From the NCBI GenBank assembly GCA_041665405.1, contig JBAYIZ010000004.1, forward strand, positions 3,958-67,957: 64,000 nucleotides of DNA, read 5' to 3'. The position numbers and the translations under genes are program-made. Shown in pieces: positions 55,997 to 64,000 of this stretch (position 1 is its first letter; each line of letters starts with the position of its first letter). A model generated the notes under the pieces. The model did no database searches and had not been told where the DNA came from. It worked only from the letters and a program-made list of their open reading frames with translations. Origin of the DNA: Candidatus Magasanikiibacteriota bacterium (GTDB taxonomy: Bacteria > Patescibacteriota > Patescibacteriia > Magasanikbacterales > GWA2-37-8).

Positions 55997-56408
55997 TTTT
56001 TCTTTTATTTTCTCCTAGGTGTTCAATGGTAATAGTGAAAGTTTTTTTGTTTTTAAGTAACCCAGATAATTTTTCTGGCCATTCAATCACACAGAGCGAT
56101 TCTGGTTCACACAGATAATCCTCGATGCCGATATCTTTTAGTTCATGTTCATCTTTTAAACGGTAGGTATCGATATGAACCAAATTTTTAACCGAATGAT
56201 TTTTGGTAGGGTAATGATTCATTAAAGTAAAAGTAGGGCTAGAAACTTCAACCTTGACACCGAGACCATCGGCTAAACCTTTCATGAGTGTAGTTTTTCC
56301 CGTGCCCAATTCTCCATTTAGAAGTAAAATATCGCCACCTCTAAATTGTCCGGCTAATTCCTTTCCAAATTCATACGTTTCTTCCTGAGAGTTTGTAATT
56401 ATTTCCAT
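55983..56408 (-). CDS. tsaE: tRNA t6A biosynthesis ATPase
   Basis: GELGTGKTT, SSPTFTL, HIDTYRL, IEWP. Confidence 0.93.
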   Translation of the reverse strand: MEIITNSQEETYEFGKELAGQFRGGDILLLNGELGTGKTTLMKGLADGLGVKVEVSSPTFTLMNHYPTKNHSVKNLVHIDTYRLKDEHELKDIGIEDYLCEPESLCVIEWPEKLSGLLKNKKTFTITIEHLGENKRKIMMI

Positions 56409-56571
56409 ATGACCGATTTTTAATATATTACACCCCTCATTTAATCATTGAATTATACGTGATTCGATTTTGTGAGTCAACGGATTTTTTCCACAGTTGT
56501 TAATAGAGTATTTTGAATTTGCCAATCTTTGGATTTTTTTGTATAATACAGCCATAATTTTAACCACAATT

Positions 56572-56877
56572 ATGTCACTATCTATTGAAGAGGTTCGGAA
56601 AATTGCCAAATTAGCCCGTATCAAACTAACACCGGCTGAAGAAAAACGTCATGCCGATACTATTTCTACAGTATTGAATTTTGTTAATACTTTAAATGAG
56701 GTGGATACGCAGGGAGTTGAACCGACCGCTCAGGTGACGGGGTTAGAAGATGTAACGCGTGAAGACGTAACAAAAATTTGTCCATATAAAAAAGAACTAC
56801 TTGCACAAATGCCGTTGATTAGTGCAAACTTATTAAAAGTGCCGGCAGTATTTGGTGATAGTGAAGATGTGATTTAA
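56572..56877 (+). CDS. gatC: Asp/Glu-tRNA amidotransferase subunit C
   Basis: LSIEEVRKIAKLARI, LNEVDT, RED; precedes gatA. Confidence 0.88.
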   Translation: MSLSIEEVRKIAKLARIKLTPAEEKRHADTISTVLNFVNTLNEVDTQGVEPTAQVTGLEDVTREDVTKICPYKKELLAQMPLISANLLKVPAVFGDSEDVI

Positions 56878-56881
56878 ACTT

Positions 56882-58306
56882 ATGAAATTAAACGAACTTA
56901 CAATCTCAGAGGCTCAGGCTGGTTTACGCAGTAAAAAATTTACTGCGGTAGAATTAACTCAGGCTTGTTTGAATAGAATAAAAGAAAGAAATAAAGAGCT
57001 GAATGCTTTTATTACTGTCTGCGAAGAGTTAGCCTTAATGGAAGCGGCAATAGCTGACAAAAGGCTTGTACAGGGCAAGGCGTTACCACTAACTGGCATT
57101 CCGTTTGCAGTGAAAGATGCAATTTGTACAGCTGGAGTTCGTTCAACAGGTGCGGCCAAAATTTTGGATAATTATGTTCCGCCGTTCAATGCGACTGTAA
57201 TAGAAAAAATTCGCACTCAGGGTGGAATCTTATTAGGCAAAAATAATTGTGATGCTTTTGGACATGGTGCTAGTAACGAAAATAGCATGTATGGGCCGGT
57301 AAAAAATCCGCGTGATTTGAAAAAAGTGGCAGGTGGATCTTCGGGTGGTTCAGCGGCGGCGGTGGCGGACAATATGTGTTTGTTTGCGATTGCCGAAGAT
57401 ACCGGTGGTTCTATTCGTCAGCCGGCTAGTTTTTGTGGAGTGGTTGGTATGCGTCCAAGCTATGGTCGCAATTCACGTTTTGGTATTATGCCAATGGCTT
57501 CATCTTTTGATACAGTAGGGCCTATCACCAAGACTGTTGCTGATATGGCTATAGTAATGCAAGTAATTGCTGGTAAAGATTCGCTAGATGCTACCACTGT
57601 GTCGGAAGTTGTACCAGATTATAATGTTGAAATAAAAAAAGATTTAGAAGGTTTGCGTGTGGGTGTACCAAAAGAATATTTTGAGGTAGATGGCATGGAC
57701 AAAGAAGTTCGAAAAATTATTGAAAATCAAATAAAAAATTTGGAAAAACAGGGGGCAGAAATTATAAACGTTAGTTTGCCACTGACCAAATATGCTATTG
57801 CAGTTTATTATGTTTTGGTACCGAGTGAGGTAAGTTCGAATCTAGGTCGTTTGGACGGTGTGCGCTATGGTGTGCGTGCAGAAGGCAAAGATCTATTGGA
57901 TCTATATTCAAATAGTCGTGCCCAAGGTTTTCCTGAAGAAGTAAAACGTCGTATTTTGATTGGTACCTATGCTTTGTCGGCTGGCTATTATGATGCGTAT
58001 TATAAAAAAGCTCAGCAAGTACGTACATTGATTCGTCTTGATTTTGATCGAGTTTTTAGTGACGTGGATGTGTTGATAACACCGACGTCACCATTTCCAT
58101 CATTTGGTTTAGGTGAAAAATCTTCAGATCCGATTCAATTGTATTTGGCAGATATTTTGGTAAGTCCGGCGGCTAGTGCTGGTATACCGGCGATTTCAGT
58201 CCCAGCTGGAGAAACAAAATCTGGTTTACCAGTAGGCCTGCAAATTATGGGGTCACGTTTAAATGAGGGTTTAATTATGCGCGTTGCTAATTATATAAAA
58301 AGATAA
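56882..58306 (+). CDS. gatA: Asp/Glu-tRNA amidotransferase subunit A
   Basis: GGSSGGSAAAV, DTGGSIRQPA, EVKRRILIGTYALSAGYYDAYY. Confidence 0.93.
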   Translation: MKLNELTISEAQAGLRSKKFTAVELTQACLNRIKERNKELNAFITVCEELALMEAAIADKRLVQGKALPLTGIPFAVKDAICTAGVRSTGAAKILDNYVPPFNATVIEKIRTQGGILLGKNNCDAFGHGASNENSMYGPVKNPRDLKKVAGGSSGGSAAAVADNMCLFAIAEDTGGSIRQPASFCGVVGMRPSYGRNSRFGIMPMASSFDTVGPITKTVADMAIVMQVIAGKDSLDATTVSEVVPDYNVEIKKDLEGLRVGVPKEYFEVDGMDKEVRKIIENQIKNLEKQGAEIINVSLPLTKYAIAVYYVLVPSEVSSNLGRLDGVRYGVRAEGKDLLDLYSNSRAQGFPEEVKRRILIGTYALSAGYYDAYYKKAQQVRTLIRLDFDRVFSDVDVLITPTSPFPSFGLGEKSSDPIQLYLADILVSPAASAGIPAISVPAGETKSGLPVGLQIMGSRLNEGLIMRVANYIKR

Positions 58307-58316
58307 ATTTTATTTT

Positions 58317-59693
58317 ATGCCCAAAAAATTACCAGAAATAAATTTGCCACAAGTTTCAGAATCGGCTAATGCTCCAACTGTCAGAACTCTACCTCCTCAA
58401 AATTTTACTACCACTGGTGAGGCGGTAAATTTTAGAGACAGCTGGAGAATTTTTAGAATTATCAGTGAGTTTATTGACGGTTATCAATTTTTAAATAAAT
58501 TTAAAAAAGAGGTAACTATTTTGGGCTCTGCTCGCTTACCAAAAAATGGACATTATTATAAAGTTGCTGAGGAATTGGGTTGGTTACTTGGTAAAAATGG
58601 TTTTACTACTATTACCGGTGGCGGCCCAGGTATAATGGAAGCCGCCAACAAAGGTGCGTTTGAAGCAGGTGGTACTACAGTGGGTATCAATATCCAACTA
58701 CCATTTGAACAGCGCATGAATCCGTATGTCAAAGAGTCAGTTGGTTTTTTCTATTTTTTCACTCGTAAAGTAATGTTGACTTCGCCAGCGGATGCTTTTG
58801 TGTTTTTCCCTGGTGGCTTTGGTACAATGGATGAATTTTTTGAAGTGGTAGATTTTATGGAACTTGGCTTCATGCAAAAAGTGCCAATTATTTTAGTTGG
58901 CAAAGAATTTTGGGAACCGTTGCTAAAATTTTTACGTCAAAGTTCTAGTGGTATCGCTCATTCTATTCCAGAGGATATTATTGATGGTTGGCACGTGGTG
59001 GATACCGCGCAAGAAGCTTTTGAATATATAAAAAATGTAGAAGATTTCCCAAATGAATGCTCAGTTTCAGATAATAACGTCTATTGTCAAGGCGGTCCAG
59101 ATTGGCGCGTGTTTCGTATAATGGCTGAATTGGTAGATGGGTTTGAATTTTTAACAACATTAAAAAATGACGTTACTGTTTTTGGAACAAAAAGTATTTT
59201 GCCAGGTTCTTCATATTATAACGTGGCCTATGAAGTTGGAAAATTGTTAGCTCAAAACGGTTTTACTACTATTACCGGTGGTGGCCCAGGAATTATGGAG
59301 GCCGCCAATAAGGGAGCGTTTGAAGCTAATGGTGAAAGTATTGGTATTAATATGCGCTGGGAAAAAGGGGAGCGTGTAAATAACTATATTACCAAATCTG
59401 CTGGATTTTTCTTTCCATTTGTGCGTAAGTTGATTATCACATCTCCATCCAAAGCTTTTGTATTTTTTCCAGGTGGATTTGGCACTTTACACCAGTTGTT
59501 TGAATTATTGACTTTACAAGAAACAAAAAAAATTGCACCTGTACCAATTATTTTGGTGGGTAGTGATTTCTGGAAACCATTATTGGAATATTTCCATATT
59601 TTGTATCATGATTTCAAGACAATTGGTTTGACTGATCAAGATTTGGTAAAGGTAGTAGATCGCGCGGATGATGTTATTAAATATATCAAATAA
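58317..59693 (+). CDS. Tandem two-domain LOG (TIGR00730) protein
   Basis: Two copies of TGGGPGIMEAANKGA and PGGFGT. Confidence 0.88.
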   Translation: MPKKLPEINLPQVSESANAPTVRTLPPQNFTTTGEAVNFRDSWRIFRIISEFIDGYQFLNKFKKEVTILGSARLPKNGHYYKVAEELGWLLGKNGFTTITGGGPGIMEAANKGAFEAGGTTVGINIQLPFEQRMNPYVKESVGFFYFFTRKVMLTSPADAFVFFPGGFGTMDEFFEVVDFMELGFMQKVPIILVGKEFWEPLLKFLRQSSSGIAHSIPEDIIDGWHVVDTAQEAFEYIKNVEDFPNECSVSDNNVYCQGGPDWRVFRIMAELVDGFEFLTTLKNDVTVFGTKSILPGSSYYNVAYEVGKLLAQNGFTTITGGGPGIMEAANKGAFEANGESIGINMRWEKGERVNNYITKSAGFFFPFVRKLIITSPSKAFVFFPGGFGTLHQLFELLTLQETKKIAPVPIILVGSDFWKPLLEYFHILYHDFKTIGLTDQDLVKVVDRADDVIKYIK

Positions 59694-59694
59694 A

Positions 59695-60489
59695 ATGATT
59701 CCTTATTTTCAGGCCAACGCCATAGCATTCGGTCCACTCACTATCCAGGTGTGGGGGTTGTTTGTGTCACTGGGAATTTTATCTGGTTTGATTTTGGCTT
59801 ATAAACTTTCGCGCAAATATTTTTTGGCGGAGCAGGTTGTTTTGGATTTGGGAGTGTGGAGCATTGTGGGCGGTTTGATTATGGCTAGAATATTTCATGT
59901 CGTATTCTATGCACCAGAATATTATTTATTGCACCCGTCTGAGATAATTTATTTTTGGCAAGGTGGAGCATCTTCGCTAGGTGGGTTTGTGGGAGCGGCT
60001 TTTGCAATTTATATTTTTGCAAAATATAAAAAGTTTACACTAAAAGAACTATGGCCTTATTTTGATGTTATGTCTTTGAGTTTGTGGTTGGGGTGGGCGA
60101 TTGGGAGGATTGGTTGTTTTATTATTCATGATCATCCGGGGATGTTATCCAATTCTTTTTTGGCTGTAAATTTTCCCAGTGGTGCGCGTTTTGATTTGGG
60201 TTTGTTTGATTCATTATTAGGTTGGTTTATTTTTATTGTGTTTGCGCTATTGTTTAAAAAATTAGTAAAAGCGCGTTGGGGATTAGTGGTTCAATTGTCT
60301 TTTATGGTTTACGCTTTTGTGCGTTTTTGGTTGGATTTTTTGCGTGCTACGGATGTGACACAAGCGGATGTGAGATATCTGATGTTGACCCCAGCTCAAT
60401 GGGGAATGCTGGCGATATTTATCGGATTGACTTTTTGGTTGGTTTTTGATAGTATTCAACGACGAAAAAATCTCGGAGAGGTCGCATAG
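59695..60489 (+). CDS. lgt: Prolipoprotein diacylglyceryl transferase
   Basis: ARIFHV, WQGG..SLGG, GRIGCF, RFWLDFLR. Confidence 0.85.
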   Translation: MIPYFQANAIAFGPLTIQVWGLFVSLGILSGLILAYKLSRKYFLAEQVVLDLGVWSIVGGLIMARIFHVVFYAPEYYLLHPSEIIYFWQGGASSLGGFVGAAFAIYIFAKYKKFTLKELWPYFDVMSLSLWLGWAIGRIGCFIIHDHPGMLSNSFLAVNFPSGARFDLGLFDSLLGWFIFIVFALLFKKLVKARWGLVVQLSFMVYAFVRFWLDFLRATDVTQADVRYLMLTPAQWGMLAIFIGLTFWLVFDSIQRRKNLGEVA

Positions 60490-60559
60490 TGGCCGAGTGC
60501 GCCGCCTTGGAAAGGCGGTATACCGCAAGGTATCGAGGGTTCGACTCCCTCTCTCTCCG
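60475..60559 (+). tRNA. tRNA-Ser(GGA)
   Basis: Acceptor GGAGAGG/TCTCTCC, anticodon CCGCC-TTGGAAA-GGCGG, long variable arm ATACC-GCAA-GGTAT. Confidence 0.95.
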
Positions 60560-60630
60560 CTGGGTCACGCTTATATGAGCGACTTGCTCATATTCCAAAA
60601 ACATCTCGATTATGTCGGGATGTTTTTTTA

Positions 60631-60659
60631 TTGACAAATATATTTATTTATCATAGGCT
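60631..60659 (+). promoter_or_regulatory. Putative promoter of the GC-rich gene
   Basis: TTGACA-17 bp-TAGGCT. Confidence 0.55.
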
Positions 60660-60705
60660 TTCAACAATGAGACTTCGCGGATCTTCCGCAAGGAAGGAGG
60701 CACTC

Positions 60706-61041
60706 ATGTGTTCATTGCGTGGACCGTACCATGAGACCGTCGTCAACGGGCTCAACGAAGCACTCTCCAGCTTCCTGGCAAGCCCAAATGTCGCCTTTCT
60801 TCGGGACATGGAGACACTCCTCAAGCACGTCGACAACACGACGTGCTTGCCGGAGCACCTGCCCGGGGTGCTGCGGGCACTCGAAGCTCTGCGGATCCAG
60901 GTGATAGGGAACGAGCTACCGGTGTCCATCAGCTTCCGGATCCAGACCTCAGTCAATCTCTTGCTTGAATACCAAAGCGAGATGGTCGAGGAGGGCGAAC
61001 TGGAGCCGACGAAGGTGTGGACTCCTCATCACACCCTGTAG
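60706..61041 (+). CDS. GC-rich hypothetical protein (111 aa)
   Basis: AGGAGG SD before ATG 60706; GC3-rich codons. Confidence 0.6.
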   Translation: MCSLRGPYHETVVNGLNEALSSFLASPNVAFLRDMETLLKHVDNTTCLPEHLPGVLRALEALRIQVIGNELPVSISFRIQTSVNLLLEYQSEMVEEGELEPTKVWTPHHTL

Positions 61042-61055
61042 ACCCTCCACAAATC

Positions 61056-61225
61056 ACCCTGCCTTCGTCTATGGCCGGGTTGAGAGGTGTATAACAACAC
61101 CCCTCCGTCTCTATGAGACGTGAACTGCAGAAATGCGATGAGCAGGGAAGTCAGACACATTGGACCACCTACACTCATCCAAAATTAGAAATAGTATTCT
61201 TATTTTGGATGATAGGTGGTCTTTT
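61056..61225 (+). ncRNA. Putative structured 3' trailer RNA/element, copy B
   Basis: Four small hairpins then GTCAGACACATTGGACCACCTA-CAC-TCA...TGA-TAGGTGGTC; homologous to 27103-27283. Confidence 0.5.
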
Positions 61226-61288
61226 GTTTTATTAAAAAATATAATTGACTGCAAGACCAAAAAAGCATACAATTAAGACTGAAAAAAT

Positions 61289-61789
61289 ATGAGTTATTTT
61301 ATTATTATTCGCGGACCATTGGGAGTAGGAAAATCTGCCATCTCCAAAAAGTTGGCTGAGATTTTACATGCCGAATATATTTCAATTGATAAAATTTTGG
61401 AACAGTATCAGCTAGATCCAGCTGATCCAAATCAAGAAAGTATTCCACTTTCTAGTTATATCAAAGCTCAAGAAATAGTACTACCGATAGCGCAAGGAGC
61501 TTTGGAACGCGAGCAGATTGTTATCTTTGATTCTTGTTTTTATTTTAAAGAAGAAATCGAACAGTTGATTCAGACGTTGCCGTATGATCATTATGTTTTT
61601 ACATTAAAAGCTCCACTGGATGTTTGTATCGATCGCGATAGTAAGCGGGATAAAGTGTATGGCAAAGAAGCGGCTGAAGCCGTACATAATATGGTGTCTC
61701 GGTTTGATTATGGGAATGTTATTGATGTAAATAGAAATATTGATTTTGTCGTCGAGGAAATTTTGTCTATTATACCTAAAAAAATATGA
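61289..61789 (+). CDS. AAA/P-loop kinase family protein
   Basis: GPLGVGKS; LKAPLDVCIDRDSKR; promoter TTGACT-17-TACAAT at 61245-61273. Confidence 0.75.
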   Translation: MSYFIIIRGPLGVGKSAISKKLAEILHAEYISIDKILEQYQLDPADPNQESIPLSSYIKAQEIVLPIAQGALEREQIVIFDSCFYFKEEIEQLIQTLPYDHYVFTLKAPLDVCIDRDSKRDKVYGKEAAEAVHNMVSRFDYGNVIDVNRNIDFVVEEILSIIPKKI

Positions 61790-62715
61790 AACCAATTTTG
61801 GTAACGTGCTATGTAGATCCTGATTTAGATGGGACAGCCGGTGTTGTCGCATATTCTGAATATTTAAATAAAACTGGTGTGGGAGCATTGGCGGGTGTTA
61901 TTGGTATTCCACATGATGAAGCAAAGTATGTTTTGGATAGGTTTAATATTAAATATCCAAATTCAATTTTTGGTGGGGATGATTTTGATAAAATTATTTT
62001 GGTGGACTGTAGCGATTTAAACGGGTTGAATGGAAAAGTTGAGCCAGAAAAAGTGGTTGAAATAATTGATCATCGAAAGATTCACGAAGCTCATAAATTT
62101 CCGAATGCAAAGGCGCAAATTGAGTTGGTCGGAGCGGCGGCTACTTTGGTGGCGGAAAAATTTATGCAAGATAATGTTGAAATTTCTAAGGAATCTGCAA
62201 TTTTGTTGTTGTCAGCAATTATCTCAAGCACTTCTAATTTTAAAGGCAGTGTGTCGACTGATCGGGATCAAAAAGCCGCAGTATGGTTAAATAAAATTGC
62301 AGATTTAGATCCAGGTTATTGGAGAGATTTATTTTTAGCAAAATCAGATTTGGATGGTAAAAAATTATTCGAAAGGATTGAAGGTGATCTGGCTTGGTTT
62401 GATATTGGAGATAAAAAAATTGGAATAGCACAAATTGAGATGATTGGAGCACAAGATCTAATTGATAAGAGGGTGGTAGAAATTGTTAATATATTGCAAT
62501 ATATTAAGAATAATAAGAAGTTTGATTATATATTTTTAAACGCTGTTGAATTGGAGCAAGTTTACAATATATTTGTTACGGGAGATATAGATTCGAAAAC
62601 TTTGCTAGAAAAAGTGTTAGGTATTGAATTTGTCGGAAATGCTGCAAAACGATCAAATTTAATTATGCGTAAACAATTAGTACCTTTATTAAAAGAGGAA
62701 TTAGAAGAAAATTAA
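61786..62715 (+). CDS. ppaC: Mn-dependent inorganic pyrophosphatase (DHH/DHHA2)
   Basis: PDLDG, ILVD, EIIDHR, VGAAATLV, IGIAQIE, RKQLVP. Confidence 0.75.
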   Translation: MKPILVTCYVDPDLDGTAGVVAYSEYLNKTGVGALAGVIGIPHDEAKYVLDRFNIKYPNSIFGGDDFDKIILVDCSDLNGLNGKVEPEKVVEIIDHRKIHEAHKFPNAKAQIELVGAAATLVAEKFMQDNVEISKESAILLLSAIISSTSNFKGSVSTDRDQKAAVWLNKIADLDPGYWRDLFLAKSDLDGKKLFERIEGDLAWFDIGDKKIGIAQIEMIGAQDLIDKRVVEIVNILQYIKNNKKFDYIFLNAVELEQVYNIFVTGDIDSKTLLEKVLGIEFVGNAAKRSNLIMRKQLVPLLKEELEEN

Positions 62716-62716
62716 T

Positions 62717-63256
62717 ATGAGCATTAAAGTAACATATTTTGTTCATGGAACAACTATCGATAATGAAAAAGGTTTGGCAACTGGTTGGGAGCAAGGCAAA
62801 CTATCTGAATTAGGAATTGAACAATCCAATAAACTGCCGAGTTTATTAAAAGAAAATAAATTTGACGCTGTTTTTTGTTCGGATTTGAAAAGGGCAATAG
62901 ATTCAGCGGAATTGGCTTTTGGGAATAAATACCAAATTATACAAGATGAACGTTTACGAGAAGTGAATTATGGTGATTTAACATTAGGAAAAGAATTTAA
63001 AGATGAATTAAAAAAGTATATTGATCAACCATTTCCTAGTGGAGAAAGTTACAAAGACGTTGAGAATAGAATGAGAGAGTTTGTTAATTTTTTAAAGGAA
63101 AATAATGATGGTGGGCATATAGCTATTGTAGCTCATCAAGCACCACAGTTGGCTTTGGACGTAATATTGGGTGACAAAACATGGCAACAAGCGATTGATG
63201 AAGATTGGAGAAAAATAAAAGCGTGGCAACCAGGGTGGAATTATATTATAAAATAA
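62717..63256 (+). CDS. Histidine phosphatase (phosphoglycerate mutase family)
   Basis: VHG (RHG variant), SDLKRA, LREVNYG, GES, VAH. Confidence 0.78.
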   Translation: MSIKVTYFVHGTTIDNEKGLATGWEQGKLSELGIEQSNKLPSLLKENKFDAVFCSDLKRAIDSAELAFGNKYQIIQDERLREVNYGDLTLGKEFKDELKKYIDQPFPSGESYKDVENRMREFVNFLKENNDGGHIAIVAHQAPQLALDVILGDKTWQQAIDEDWRKIKAWQPGWNYIIK

Positions 63257-63276
63257 TTTTTCAATATCTAGTAGTA

Positions 63277-63305
63277 AAAATGACCCTATACAGCAGGGTC
63301 ATTTT
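63277..63305 (+). terminator. Intrinsic terminator
   Basis: AAAATGACCCT...AGGGTCATTTT. Confidence 0.65.
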
Positions 63306-63345
63306 GTTATATTATATATAGGTATTTTTTAATTTATTAAAATAT

Positions 63346-63564
63346 ATGGAGGAGACAAAAATAGCTTTGTTTAAGGGCAAACAAGTTAGGAAGACGTTAT
63401 TTGAGAAGGAATGGTGGTTTTCGATTGTGGATGTTGTTGGTGTTTTAACAGACAGCTTAGACGCTAATGATTATTGGTATAAGATGAAAATTCGTGTAGA
63501 GAATGAAGAAAAAATTGAACTATCGACAATTTGTCGACAGTTGAAATTGATGTCCTCTTATTAA
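63346..63564 (+). pseudogene. Truncated Bro-N domain gene
   Basis: IALFKGKQVRKTLFEKEWWFSIVDVV...LSTICRQLKL then stop; paralog of 27985. Confidence 0.65.
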
Positions 63565-63582
63565 AGGAAAGAAAAAATTGAA

Positions 63583-64000
63583 ATGAAATCACAAACTCCC
63601 GCACAAATCTTGAAAACGAAATTTGGTTATGAATCGTTTCGATTTAATCAAGAAGAAATTATAAATACTATTTTGCAGAAACGCGATGCGTTTGTGCTGA
63701 TGCCTACCGGTGGTGGCAAATCTTTGTGTTATCAAATTCCGGCGCTTATTTTTGCTGGATTGACGGTAGTTATTTCGCCCCTGATCGCTCTTATGAAAGA
63801 CCAAGTCGATGCTTTGCGTCTCAATGGTATTTCGGCAGAGTATATCAACTCATCTTTGGATGGGGATGAGATTGCAGAGATTTATCGACGTCTAAAGAAA
63901 AATGAAATAAAATTATTATATGTTTCGCCAGAACGTTTGTTGGGCAACAGCCAACAGTTTTTGGTATTTTTGAGAAGTTTGGATATTTCTTTATTTGCTA
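63583..64000 (+). CDS. recQ: ATP-dependent DNA helicase RecQ, 5' part
   Basis: Manual translation: FGYESFRFNQEEII...LMPTGGGKSLCYQIPAL...VISPLIALMKDQVDAL...LLYVSPERL. Confidence 0.93.
   Translation, partial: MKSQTPAQILKTKFGYESFRFNQEEIINTILQKRDAFVLMPTGGGKSLCYQIPALIFAGLTVVISPLIALMKDQVDALRLNGISAEYINSSLDGDEIAEIYRRLKKNEIKLLYVSPERLLGNSQQFLVFLRSLDISLFA

Overview
AT-rich bacterial chromosome segment. Gene content, SD-less AT-rich leaders and G[AV]GC lipoboxes suggest a Patescibacteria/CPR genome, possibly Magasanikbacteria-like (inference). 1-19.4 kb: core genes (mraY, murF, PBP, gpsA, rlmN, P-type ATPase, aminotransferase, transketolase, LtaS-like, hpf, murB). 19.4-28.7 kb: accessory island between tRNA-Glu(CTC) and tRNA-Asn(GTT), cut into promoter-bearing gene modules by six direct copies of a 28-bp palindromic repeat (GTTTGCCTACCGTCTCGGTAGGGTCTAC). 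Several modules are ~60% GC, and no integrase is in the window. Directly upstream of tRNA-Asn is an Asn-rich leader peptide with antiterminator/terminator geometry, which looks like a ribosome-dependent attenuator controlling a tRNA gene. 28.7-52 kb: secreted/surface protein cluster (matrixin, ice-binding DUF3494, lipoproteins, TSP1-like repeat protein, two propeller-like paralogs, 1964-aa surface protein). 52-64 kb: core genes (PLD, rarA, queH, tsaE, gatCA, tandem LOG, lgt), tRNA-Ser(GGA), another GC-rich single-gene unit whose 3' trailer is homologous to one in the island, ppaC and the start of recQ. All calls are by eye from motifs; no database searches were run.
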